Shown here: one piece after another, positions 30,963 through 42,617 of the stretch
Layout: every line of letters starts with the position of its first letter
Position numbering within the stretch: the first letter of the stretch is position 1
Assembly (NCBI RefSeq): GCF_000142905.1
Contig: NW_013657679.1
Coordinates: 188,657 to 252,656 of the forward strand
DNA length: 64,000 nt
Direction: 5' to 3'
From: Thecamonas trahens ATCC 50062
Lineage: Eukaryota; Protista; Apusomonadida
Translations under genes and position numbers: made by a program
The notes under the pieces: model-generated
The model's database searches: none
What the model saw: only the letters and a program-made list of their open reading frames with translations
What the model was told of the DNA's origin: nothing

Positions 30963-32042
30963 ATGCCGGGGGCATGCGAGCGATGCTTGTCACTCGAGGC
31001 TGCACTTACCCGTGCTGAGAAGGAGGCTCACGTCCTCCGGCGCGAGCTCGAGGCTGCGTCGTCGGCCCTCACCGTCCGCGACGAGGGACCACTCTCGGCG
31101 CCCAATTACAAGGCCAAGATCAGGGTCCTCTCATATAATGTCCGAGTCCTTGAGGACCAGCTGGCAGCGCAAGAAAAGCGGCATGCACAGCGACTCCTTG
31201 ACCTTGCCACCGCTCACCGCGCCGACATGGCCCGCCTCGAAGACCGCTTCGAAGCCGATCTCGAGTCGACCCTGGTAGACATCCCACAGTACTCGGCGAT
31301 CTCCTCGCTTGTTGCCCGTATGGCTCCAGCGCCTGCCAGCCCAAGCCCTCCTCCTGCCAGTCCAACTCCTCTTCCAGTCGTTGCTTCTCCTCCTCCCGCA
31401 GATCTTGTTGACGAATCCGACGATGACGAGCTCTTCGCTGCTGCCAGTTTCCAGCCCAACCTCGCTGCCGCCTCGCCGCCTCGTCCTTCTTCTCCAGTCG
31501 TGTCACCAGCCCTCATCGCCCGTTTTGCCACTGCCCGCGGTCAACTCCTTCACGCATCGCAACTCGTCGAAGACCTTGTTGCGTCAGTTCCTCAGCCGGC
31601 AGCCACTTCTGCTCCCGCTCCCACTCCTGATCCTGCTCCCGCTCCTGCCCAGGAGCTCAAGACCGAGCGCGAGGCCGAGCTCGAAGTCGAGCTCAAGGCT
31701 GCGCGCGCCGATGCAGCCGCTCTGCGAGCGCACCTTTCCCGCGCCACGACTTCTGACCCCCGCGAGAGCCGCGCCCGTGCGCTCGAAGAGTCTGAGGGCA
31801 TTCGCGTCCTCCGTGGCCGCATCGCCGAGCTCGCCGAGGAGCTCACCGACGCGCGGGCCGAGCTCGACCTCGCCCATCGGCACGCCGCCACAGACAAGAA
31901 CACCGCTCCTACCTCATCCGACCCACCCACCACCTCCAAGGCCGTTCTCGCGGCCGCCGCCACCTCCTTTGCCGCGGGTGCCGGCGTCGTTGCTGCCTCG
32001 GTCTACGCCATGCCGTCCGTTGTCATGTCGTTTGTCAGCTGA
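30963..32042 (+). CDS. Coiled-coil protein with C-terminal hydrophobic anchor
   Basis: Heptad-rich helices, Pro-rich linkers, terminal hydrophobic stretch. Confidence 0.7.
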   Translation: MPGACERCLSLEAALTRAEKEAHVLRRELEAASSALTVRDEGPLSAPNYKAKIRVLSYNVRVLEDQLAAQEKRHAQRLLDLATAHRADMARLEDRFEADLESTLVDIPQYSAISSLVARMAPAPASPSPPPASPTPLPVVASPPPADLVDESDDDELFAAASFQPNLAAASPPRPSSPVVSPALIARFATARGQLLHASQLVEDLVASVPQPAATSAPAPTPDPAPAPAQELKTEREAELEVELKAARADAAALRAHLSRATTSDPRESRARALEESEGIRVLRGRIAELAEELTDARAELDLAHRHAATDKNTAPTSSDPPTTSKAVLAAAATSFAAGAGVVAASVYAMPSVVMSFVS

Positions 32043-32142
32043 TAGTCATCACGGAACTTGGTCGGCTGAGCCCTGCTGTTGCCATTAAACCCACCGTGTC
32101 GGCGGCGAGGAGCAGTGACATCCAAGCGAGGCACACCTGAGT

Positions 32143-33542
32143 ATGTCGGCAGCCGGCACAAGCCGGTATGTTCTGGGATGGGGCAACGGCTACTACGGAC
32201 GGCTGGCCCAAGGTCGCGGCGACTGGGACGACAAGCCGTACCCAGTGGTGCTGCGGAAGGGGCCTTGGGACGCTGTGCTGACTGGCAAGCGGATGACCTT
32301 GGCTGCGGGCGCGGCTCATGTGATGACGGTGACCGATGGCGTGCTGGCGAGCCACGGCAAGTGCCACTTTGGTCAGCTCGGCCTCGGCATGATCGATGAA
32401 GATGAGAGCTACCCGGTCCAAGTCGCGCTGGTCGGACGCGAGAGCGATGACGACATTGTTGCGGCGTACGCCGGTGAGTCGTCGGGATTTGCTCGGACCT
32501 CGTCGGGGCAGATCTGGGCATGGGGCTGTGGCTTTTACTTTGGTCTCGGCGACAGGTCCGAGGACCATGCGCTTGTTCCGCGCCGAGTTGATGACTGCTG
32601 GCGTGAGGCTGGATGGTACGGCGACGGGCGCGAGATCGTGGACATTGCCGGCGGCGGATCGCACATTGCAGTCCTCTGCTCCGACGGAATCGTGGTGACC
32701 GGCGGCGGGAACCAGTACGGGCAGACCGGGCGCGGGCGCGACGAGCGGGCGGTGGCGCTGGATGAGCCTGTGAAGCTTCCAGAGAGAGCCGTGGCCGTAG
32801 CGGCCTCGCGGCGGCACACCCTCGTTCTCGGCGAGTCGGGGGCGGTGTACTCGGCTGGCGAGGCGGGGGTGGACGTGCTTGGCCGTGACGGCGACGGGCG
32901 CACGTTTGACAAAGTGGCTGGACTGGAGGGAATCAAGCACATCGCACTCGGGCCAAAACACGGGCTTGCAGCGTCGGACGATGCAGTGTACTCGTGGGGT
33001 GCTGGCCTGCACGGCCGGCTTGGGCATGGCGACCACTGCGACGTCTCGCAGCCGACACGAATCGTGTTTGAGCCCACGATGAGCGGGCACGTTGTGGGGC
33101 TGGCAGTTGGCTCCTCACACTCGCTCGTCCTCACTTCAAGTGGCGAGCTATGGTCGTGGGGCTCTGACGTGCGAGGCAAGCAGCTATTCCGAAGCGCTGC
33201 ACGCGACTGAGATCGCGTGACATCGTGCCCGACGAGGCCGACAAGCTCTCGGGTGCGGTGCTGACGCCAGTCAGGATCGACACCCGCCTCGCCGAGTACG
33301 GCGGGAGTGTCGAAGCTGTGGCGTCTGGCACCAACCATACATTTGTGGTCATGCACGGATCGTGGGAGGAGGCGATTGTGGCGCAGGAAGAGAGTGAGGC
33401 CGAGGTGAGGAGGGAGCGGAAGGAAGAAGAGAGGGCGAGGAAAGAGGCCGCGGCGAGCATGGTGGGGAAGGGAATTGTACCTCTGCCACCGCCACCGCCA
33501 CCGCCACCGCCACCGCCCCCACCTCCTCGGCCGATGTGTTAG
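32143..33542 (+). CDS. RCC1/BLIP-II repeat beta-propeller protein; frameshift near 33205
   Basis: WGNGYYGRLA, GQLGLG, GGSHIA, WGAGLHGRLGHG, GSSHSLVLT; last blade VASGTNHTFVV and poly-Pro tail in another frame (to 33542). Confidence 0.85.
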
Positions 33543-33582
33543 AGTCAACGCTGGAGAGAGACCTCAGCTCGTGATGCGCCTT

Positions 33583-34482
33583 CTACTTGCGCACGCCAAC
33601 CATAAACATCCGCCGGAACGGGAAGAGCGTCTGCCCATCGGGCAGCGGCGGGTACGCGGCGCGGAGGGCGGTCCTGTACGCGTCCTCGTATCGTGCTTGC
33701 GCGGTTCCAGACGGGTCGGCAGCGGCAAGCGCGGAGAGAATCGGCTTGAGGCCGGTCTCGCGGGTAAACCTGTACACGGGGTCATCACCGTCGAGAACCT
33801 GGACGTACTCTGTGGACCAGAGGTGCGGGCTGAGGCCTGCGTTGTCGAGGATGGCGTAGTAGGCGGTGTGATCGTGGGCGACGGTAGGGACAGCAAGCGC
33901 TGGCGAGTCAAGATCAAGGTCCAGCTCCGGGTGGGCTTCAAGCTCGCGAGCGAGAACCTTGGTCATGAGCATGTGCGACGGCTGGACACGGGTGTCGGGC
34001 ATCTGAATGGCGAGGACGCCCGATGGCGCAAGAACGTCCGGCGAGGCAAGGCGCGCCAGGGCCGAGGCATGGCTCTCTGGCGAGAGCCAGTGGAGAGCAG
34101 CGTTAGAGAAGACCAGGGCGGCGGGTGTCGGCGGGACAAAGTCCTCGATGGTGCCGAGGACGGTGGTGATGCCAGCCGAGTGGTCGAGGTCTGCAGCTGA
34201 CGCATCGGCGGCGGCCAACATCTCGGGCGAAGAGTCGACGCCCAGGATGGAAGAGGAGGGAAAGGCGTCAGCAAGGTAAGGGAAGAGGTTGCCGGCGCCG
34301 CATCCGAGATCAACCACCAGCGGTATCGAGGCTGCCGAGGCTGCCGAGGCTGCTGACGCCGCCGAAGCTGCCGACGCCGCCGAGGGCACGAACGACGAGG
34401 CAAAGGCAAGGAGGTCGAGAGCGGGGCGGAGACGGGCAGAGTTAAAGGCGAGGTAGCGCGCCGGGTTCCAGGGGTTGGACAT
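33583..34482 (-). CDS. tam: Trans-aconitate 2-methyltransferase (bacterial-type class I SAM methyltransferase)
   Basis: WNPARYLAF..ARLRPALDLL, DLGCGAGN, DSSPEMLAAA, FSNAALHWL, LAIQMP, AYP......LFPFRRMF. Confidence 0.88.
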   Translation of the reverse strand: MSNPWNPARYLAFNSARLRPALDLLAFASSFVPSAASAASAASAASAASAASIPLVVDLGCGAGNLFPYLADAFPSSSILGVDSSPEMLAAADASAADLDHSAGITTVLGTIEDFVPPTPAALVFSNAALHWLSPESHASALARLASPDVLAPSGVLAIQMPDTRVQPSHMLMTKVLARELEAHPELDLDLDSPALAVPTVAHDHTAYYAILDNAGLSPHLWSTEYVQVLDGDDPVYRFTRETGLKPILSALAAADPSGTAQARYEDAYRTALRAAYPPLPDGQTLFPFRRMFMVGVRK

Positions 34483-34718
34483 GATGGGGAGGGAAGGGGT
34501 GGGGTCGGAAGAGAGAGAGAGAGACGCTAGCTTGCTTGGCGTGCTCGGTAGCCCAGGTCAAGTGGCGACGTGTCACGCCGAGAGAACAAACTGAATTGGA
34601 AAATTTCTTCATTGGAGATCTCGGCGCCCCAAGAGTACGCGGCGCAAGCACCGTGCACGTCCTGGGTGCGGCGAAACCGCCGGAGCGCACAGGTCAAGAG
34701 TACGATCGGAGAGAAGAC

Positions 34719-36679
<1,961 letters not shown>

Positions 36680-36727
36680 CTACGGCCCGACATCCCAATC
36701 TACAAGCCTACCCCAGCATGCTGACAT

Positions 36728-37933
36728 TCAATGACTCCGACTCCAGACCCGCACATACCCGTGATCCGACGTCACAACAGGAATCGAAAGTGAGAGCCGG
36801 TGCACAATCCGGTCGTCCCACCCCAGCACCCGCCGCATCCGCTCCTTCACAACATAGTCGGCTGCACGATGGACTGGCGCGTGCCCGGCCGCAAACGCCG
36901 CCTCGACCTCGTCGTAAAACTCTGGCCCGCCAGCCTCGTCCAGCAGCGACACCATCACCACAACCGCGTGCGACGACGGAATCCGCACTCCGCCCTCGCC
37001 GCGGATGTACGGCAGCGAGTCGTCGAGGAGCGTTCCTGCAAGCGAGTTGACGTCAAACGGCTCAAAGCCGCCCGTTGTCATATCAAACAGAAACACTGTC
37101 CGCTCATGGAGGGTGAGTGCGTCCGCAACCTGACCCAGCACACTTCGTCCCTCTCCCGATGGCGCCACCACGACCATCCGGCACATCGAGAGCAGCCCGC
37201 CGTCTTTGCGGCAGCTTCCCGCCGTGCCTGAAGCAGAGTTTGGATGCCGCATGTAGTGAATGTGGTCCACAAGCTCTGCCGCCAGCGCCCGTGCCACCTC
37301 AAGCCCCGCAGCATCCACCACCGCGAGGTGGATCGAGAGCGTCGGCGTGCCGCGATGCGCAAGGAGCGTTTCGCGGACACGAGCTGCCACAGCCTCGTAG
37401 TCCGGATGCTGCGAGAGAAAGCTGGCGATGGCAGGATCAACCACATCAGCCCGGCTCCGCGCCTGTCGTCCGCCCACAGTGACGGTTGAGACCACGAGGG
37501 CGCAGATAGCGAGGAAACCAATGACAGTCAATATTGCCACACACAACATAGACGACGATGATGATGCCGACGACGACGAGGGTGCCGGCCTCGGCGGCGG
37601 CGGCAGCTCAGTCTCGCACATCGGGAGCGCGGCCTGCGCTGCGAGGCCCTCGAGCAGAGGGCGCAGCTCGTCGCGGGTGTCACACTGAGTCACCCACTCG
37701 ACAGTATCATTCGCATCCTCTAGCGCCACACCCACCAATAGGGTGTGCAACCGAGAAGTGAGATTCTTCTTGCGTTGCTTGTTCCTTGGCGTCGGTCCAG
37801 CGCCCGGGAGCTCCGACGGGAGGTAGTCTGTGAGGAGGCCGGTGAGCTTGTCGAGCTGCTCATGACTCGTCACAAATGGCGCAAGGGCCGCGGAGAGCGA
37901 GTCGGCGTTGACGTGGGGATTGGATGGTGGCAT
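36728..37933 (-). CDS. Type II membrane protein with degenerate torsin-like AAA+ domain (LAP1/LULL1-like candidate)
   Basis: TM LCVAILTVIGFLAICALVV, then PTLSIHL, RTVFLFD, HAVVVMVS, HRLSLSIPV; no Walker A. Confidence 0.55.
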   Translation of the reverse strand: MPPSNPHVNADSLSAALAPFVTSHEQLDKLTGLLTDYLPSELPGAGPTPRNKQRKKNLTSRLHTLLVGVALEDANDTVEWVTQCDTRDELRPLLEGLAAQAALPMCETELPPPPRPAPSSSSASSSSSMLCVAILTVIGFLAICALVVSTVTVGGRQARSRADVVDPAIASFLSQHPDYEAVAARVRETLLAHRGTPTLSIHLAVVDAAGLEVARALAAELVDHIHYMRHPNSASGTAGSCRKDGGLLSMCRMVVVAPSGEGRSVLGQVADALTLHERTVFLFDMTTGGFEPFDVNSLAGTLLDDSLPYIRGEGGVRIPSSHAVVVMVSLLDEAGGPEFYDEVEAAFAAGHAPVHRAADYVVKERMRRVLGWDDRIVHRLSLSIPVVTSDHGYVRVWSRSH

Positions 37934-38149
37934 GGGGGGGGAGGAGGTAGGGCAAGTGATGTATGTATGTGTGAGTGTGTGTGTGTGTTTAAGACCCTTC
38001 CTGTGGTGAATGCGGCGTGGCTGGCCCAACACGGTCGACGAACTGGGCACCAAGACCCACAGCCACCCAAGGTCAAAGCCACTTCCGTGCCGCCCTCTCG
38101 ACTTCCCGTTTCACCTCCACCTCACCTCTCTTGAGCCGACTCGGATATC

Positions 38150-38389
38150 ATGGACGATAGCCTCATTGTTACGGCAACAGAGCGTCCCACGCCAGACTCG
38201 GCTGATACAACTCTCACGGTGGCCAGGCCTTCGAGTACTTGGTCTGGCTCGGCCCTCTGGTCCGCCCTCACCCGTAACATCCTCGTCCCGCTTGTCCAGG
38301 GTGCCGCCATGGGCCTTGGCTCACACCTCATGCTCTACACTTGGACATGGTGGAAGTGCAAGCCGACTACCGTCCGTGGTACCCTGTGA
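38150..38389 (+). CDS. 79-aa single-pass protein resembling Mim1/Tom13
   Basis: NILVPLVQGAAMGLG..L....W..W resembles Mim1 N..LPF.NG.M.G.G. Confidence 0.55.
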   Translation: MDDSLIVTATERPTPDSADTTLTVARPSSTWSGSALWSALTRNILVPLVQGAAMGLGSHLMLYTWTWWKCKPTTVRGTL

Positions 38390-38901
38390 GGCACCGAGAT
38401 GAAGGCCTGTGTCGGCCGACGATGGGCTGCCTGCGGCGACTGCGGTGAGAAGGGGATGAGGGGAGCGGTCTGCGCTCCCGTCGGCTGCGCTTCCATCTAT
38501 ATGCATCACTGGTGCGATGCGATGGGGCGGTGAGCCTTCAGTGGCTCTGGTCTCCAGCTGTTTAGTGTGGAAGAGTAAATCATCCGTGCCTTGAGCCGTG
38601 ACGGGCGGCTGGATCGAGGGCGCGTCACGCGAGCGGCTGCGTCCTGCCATGTGGCGATGTGGCCAGTCGACGAGCGCCCTACTTCCAGGCCAGGACTGGC
38701 AGCGGCCCGGGAAAGCGGTTCACAAAGCCGACGCGTCGGGTCGTCAGCCGCAACAGTGGCTGGTACCGATCCCGAGGGAGTGCAAGGTCCAGCAAGCACA
38801 TCCGGTCGGCGCCCAACGTATATCGATAGCTGCTCAGCCGAGCAGCTGCACCATTGCAGTAAGCACCAGCGATCGCAGCTCTCCTGCTTCCTCTTCTTCG
38901 A

Positions 38902-39099
38902 TCACCTCTCAGCCTGGCTCTCCCCGCCGGTGACGGCCTCGCCCGACGCGTCGTCGTCGTACGAGACATCGTCCGAGTCGCGCTCAAGCCGGAGGTCGGG
39001 CTTGAGGATGTTGTGCATGACAGAGGCCCCTGCAAACATAGAGAGCGAAACCGCAGCCCACATCTTGAGCAGCGAGCTTCGTGTGTACGGCACAGACAT
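38902..39099 (-). CDS. BRAWNIN/C12orf73 (DUF4516)-like complex III assembly microprotein
   Basis: LKMWAAVSLSMFAGASVMHNILKPDLRL matches the family pattern LKM.AA....M.AGA.V.H...PDL. Confidence 0.8.
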   Translation of the reverse strand: MSVPYTRSSLLKMWAAVSLSMFAGASVMHNILKPDLRLERDSDDVSYDDDASGEAVTGGESQAER

Positions 39100-39639
39100 G
39101 GCGGACGGCAGAGTTGAGTGCTGTCGGCTGCTGAGCACGACGCGGGGTTGGCAGTCGTTGGCACCAAGCCCGTGGTCGGGGGGGGGGGGGGGGGGGGGGG
39201 GCAGGCGGCAACCCAGGGGTGATCCACCGGCTAACAAGCTTCTACAATACTATGTGTGGAGATCACGCGTAGCATGGTATGTTTGATTCAGTACTGGACA
39301 TTGATTTCGGCCATCCGAGGGTACACGTGGTTGCCCCGGTTGGGCAGCTGCGGGTTCGAGTTGGTGCACAACCAGCTGCATAGCGCGTGACTGAGCAAGC
39401 CAAGCTCCATCCAAGCCCACCATCTTCTATCCATGCCGTCACACCCCCTCCGCTCCTTGACTCATCAAGCTTAAAAACTGATGTGCTGATGAACGCATGG
39501 ATGTGTGGGTATATGGGCGTACGACGCGATGAGTCGATGGTGGCAGGAACAGGTGCTCTCCAGATGGAAACGTCTGGGTTGGGTCTGGGCAAGAAGAGGG
39601 GTATGTACTTGACTGCCATAGGTGGAAGGACGGGTGAAG

Positions 39640-40305
39640 ATGGCAGCAGATGAGGTTGCGTTCAAGGTGGTGATCCTTGGAGATGACGGCGTGGGAAAAG
39701 TATGTGGTTGCCGCGTCCAGAAGTGGCCAGAGAGGATGGAAGAGACAGGGTCCGGGTGCTGGTGCATGGGAAGGAAGAACAGATCTCAGCTCACTACAGA
39801 TGACGTTCTGGTGAGGGGTGGACGGAGAGAGCAGATGACTTTAGCAAAGAAGTGGAACGAAATGACCCAGGGCGGTGATGCTGTGAGGGTGGAAGCACTC
39901 GAGGCAACCGTGTATCCAATCCACGTGCGGACGACGGCTGGGAGTGTGGTGTTCAACACTTGGGTGACCGATGGGCCTCAGATGGATGAAAGGATGCTGG
40001 CCAATGTCGAGGCTGCTATCCTCGTCTTTGCTGTCGACGCGCGAGACTCGTACAAGAACTTGCCTCATTGGCATCGGCATGCCTACAACAGCGCTGGTAA
40101 CAGTATGCGGCTGCCAATGGTGGTGTGCGGCAACAAGGTCGACGTCGTTGAACGGGTCGTTAAGCCCAAGCACATCACTTTCCATCGCAAAAAGAACTTG
40201 CAGTACTGCGATGTGTCTGCAACCGGAGGCTACAACGTCGAACGGCCCCTTCTGTATCTGATCCGCACGCTCTCAGGCCAGCCAGACCTTGACCTTGCAG
40301 AGTAG
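39640..40305 (+). CDS. Divergent Ran-family GTPase paralog; intron 39700-39834
   Basis: FKVVILGDDGVGK, YKNLPHWHR, CGNKVD, ITFHRKKNLQY, VSA...YNVERP; G3 altered, no acidic tail. Confidence 0.85.
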   Translation: MAADEVAFKVVILGDDGVGKVCGCRVQKWPERMEETGSGCWCMGRKNRSQLTTDDVLVRGGRREQMTLAKKWNEMTQGGDAVRVEALEATVYPIHVRTTAGSVVFNTWVTDGPQMDERMLANVEAAILVFAVDARDSYKNLPHWHRHAYNSAGNSMRLPMVVCGNKVDVVERVVKPKHITFHRKKNLQYCDVSATGGYNVERPLLYLIRTLSGQPDLDLAE

Positions 40306-40362
40306 TTCGAGTGCAAGTGCTCGTCCCAGAGTGAACTACGAATGTCCAGCACGAGAGTGTGT

Positions 40363-41595
40363 TCAAGACTTGCCTATCATTCCGGATTGATGGGGGGATC
40401 GAGCGTAGGGGCTCGGGTATCGCGGCCGCGCCGCACGGGACGGGGACATGCCCATCGCGACCGGCATCGGAACCATGGACGGGTAGGCACGGCGCTGGTG
40501 CTGCATCTGAGTGAGTCCAAAGATTTGCGCAGAGGCCTTGTGCATCCGAGCCTGGAACTCGACTCGCGGAATGGGACGGCCGGCGCCCGGGCGGGTGGCC
40601 ACGGTAGAGCGGCGCTGAGCAAAGATCGGTGAACCAATCTGGCGGACGAGTGGCGAAGAGTACGGCGAGGCAAAGACTGCAGGGTGGACTCCATGCGGAG
40701 AAGTGGGAGCCATGCGGCGCGGCGATGGGGACGCGTGCGACGGGTGCGACGGCGATGCGTGGGCTCGATAGATGGCCCGTTGCGCCACAAAGGCACCGGG
40801 ACCGAGAGAGGGCGAAGACGGAGTTGGTGCCTTGGTCATGATGGGGGCAGATGCGGGGGGGGCAGCAGCAGCCGGCGCAGGAGCAAGCGCAGGGACAGAC
40901 GGTCCGTCGGTGAGCGCGGACGAACTACGAAGCTCGTCGACCTCCTTGGTCTTTCGATCAAGCTCCTCATGCAAGATCTCCACAGTTGCCTCGAGCGACG
41001 CGATAAGCGCGGCCTGTGTCTCTGCAGTTGCTTCGAGCTCCTCAATGACCGCCTGCTGCTGTCGGGTCGTGGCCTCGTACTTGGCCTCGAGCAGGAGCGA
41101 CTCCTCGTGTGCGAGCGAAGTGTTGAGCTCGGCCTCCTCGGCTGCAGACTCCAACTGTGCCCGAAGCTCCTCAATCAAACGGGCCTGTTCCTCGATGACC
41201 TCCGATTTGACAGCATCCGATTTGGCGGCAGCCTTGGCGCCCGGCGACCGCGAGCCGCGAGACCCGCGCACAGCGGTCGTTCGGCGTCGGTCGGCCTCGA
41301 TCTGCGAGAGGAACGCGTTCTGCTTTTGCAGGGCCGCGGCCTGGAGCTCGAGCGCCTCAGCTTGCTCCTTGACTTGAAGCTCCAGCTCGAGAATCCTCCG
41401 TCTAGCTGCAGCACGCTCCAGCTCTGTCGACGGTGAGCCAGGAAGTGATGACAATGGTGACGGCGAGGTCAGGACCGGGGTGCGCGACGGCGAGGGTGCC
41501 ACCTGTTTGGCGCGCGAAAGCAGGTCGAGTACCTCGGCTTCATCTTGGGCCGAGTATGGTGTGACGTCCGGCGAGTCTGGGTATACTTTAGACAT
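40363..41595 (-). CDS. Coiled-coil protein with Pro/Ser-rich tail
   Basis: 410-aa ATG ORF with E/Q/L-rich heptads. Confidence 0.7.
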   Translation of the reverse strand: MSKVYPDSPDVTPYSAQDEAEVLDLLSRAKQVAPSPSRTPVLTSPSPLSSLPGSPSTELERAAARRRILELELQVKEQAEALELQAAALQKQNAFLSQIEADRRRTTAVRGSRGSRSPGAKAAAKSDAVKSEVIEEQARLIEELRAQLESAAEEAELNTSLAHEESLLLEAKYEATTRQQQAVIEELEATAETQAALIASLEATVEILHEELDRKTKEVDELRSSSALTDGPSVPALAPAPAAAAPPASAPIMTKAPTPSSPSLGPGAFVAQRAIYRAHASPSHPSHASPSPRRMAPTSPHGVHPAVFASPYSSPLVRQIGSPIFAQRRSTVATRPGAGRPIPRVEFQARMHKASAQIFGLTQMQHQRRAYPSMVPMPVAMGMSPSRAARPRYPSPYARSPHQSGMIGKS

Positions 41596-41938
41596 GCGAT
41601 GCTTGTTGTGAGCGTAAACCGTGTATGAGGAGGATGAAAAGGTGGTGTGGCTTGAGGTGGGTGGGTGAGCTGAAGGGTGACGGTGGCTGGGAGTGGTGTG
41701 CGGTGCTGTGACGTGTGATCAGAGACTCGCTGTCAGCGGGGATGCGGGCGCCAGGACTGGTTCAGTGGAGCTGCATCAGAGCGTTGATGGACTGCACAAC
41801 ATGGTTGAGCTGCGTCCAGTTTCTCTACTTTTGTTACAGTACAACGAGCACGGGGGTTGATGGTGCGTGCGGTGTGTTAGATCAGTGTGTCAAGTATGAC
41901 GGGAGAATGTGTGTGTGTGTGTGGGGGGTGAAGGTGGT

Positions 41939-42352
41939 TTACATCTGCTTGGCGAGCTTGCGCAGGCGAGCCTCACGCTCGGCAAACTTGGCAGCAAGGC
42001 GCTTGGAATAGTCATCTAGGGCGGCGACCGAGACCTCAAGCTGGGCCACTGTTGCGGCGATGGTATCGATCTGATCGAGATACGGCTGGAGGTGGGCATA
42101 CTGGACCTTGAGCTCTTCCATGTGACCGGCTAGGCCCTGTGTGACCTCCAGCATATGGGCGTACTTTGCCGTAGCTGCGGCATTGACCTCTGTCAGCACT
42201 GTATAGTCCGAAGCTGACGAGGCGAGTTCTGCGTCGAGGTAGCGTGCGAGGGCGTCGAACATGGTGTGCGTGGCCTCTTCAACACGCTGCATGTCGTCGA
42301 CAGCGGGGTGCTCGGCAGCGGGGTGTGTGGTGGACACTGGTGTGGCCTCCAT
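41939..42352 (-). CDS. BLOC1S2: BLOC-1/BORC subunit 2
   Basis: MF..L..YL..EL....DY.VL..VN.....KY..M, LQPYLDQID.I...V..LE.....LDDYSKRL.AKF. Confidence 0.9.
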   Translation of the reverse strand: MEATPVSTTHPAAEHPAVDDMQRVEEATHTMFDALARYLDAELASSASDYTVLTEVNAAATAKYAHMLEVTQGLAGHMEELKVQYAHLQPYLDQIDTIAATVAQLEVSVAALDDYSKRLAAKFAEREARLRKLAKQM

Positions 42353-42435
42353 ATGTGTGTGTGCGGAGAAGGGAAGCGTATGTGTGCGTGTGTATGTGTG
42401 TGTGTGTATGTGTGTGTGTGAGAGTGTGTGTGGGA
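42352..42435. repeat. (GT)n-rich microsatellite in the BLOC1S2/PIGN divergent promoter
   Basis: Direct reading of sequence. Confidence 0.85.
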
Positions 42436-42617
42436 GAGTGGAGAGATGTGGTGGTTGTGGTTGCTCTTGTCGGGGCTGGGGTCGGGGTGTGTGGGAGGAG
42501 TCGCACAGCTCTGGTCGGACTCGGATGGTCGGACGAGAGGCGGCTCGCGAGGTCACTCACACTCTTCTCTCGCACACTGGCTTCGTGGTGGTGTTGCAGC
42601 TGCGGAGAGAAAGCAGG

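Noticed and set aside
33208-33210. TGA in the RCC1 gene as selenocysteine or readthrough
   Set aside because: The continuation is in a different frame, so a frameshift rather than recoding is needed
39263-39619. 118-aa minus-strand ORF upstream of the Ran-like gene
   Set aside because: No motif, atypical codon usage, and its ATG is only 20 bp from the Ran-like ATG
42261-42617. Cys/Val-rich N-terminal extension of PIGN
   Set aside because: Translation of a (GT)n microsatellite and antisense BLOC1S2; PIGN similarity starts at ATG 42618
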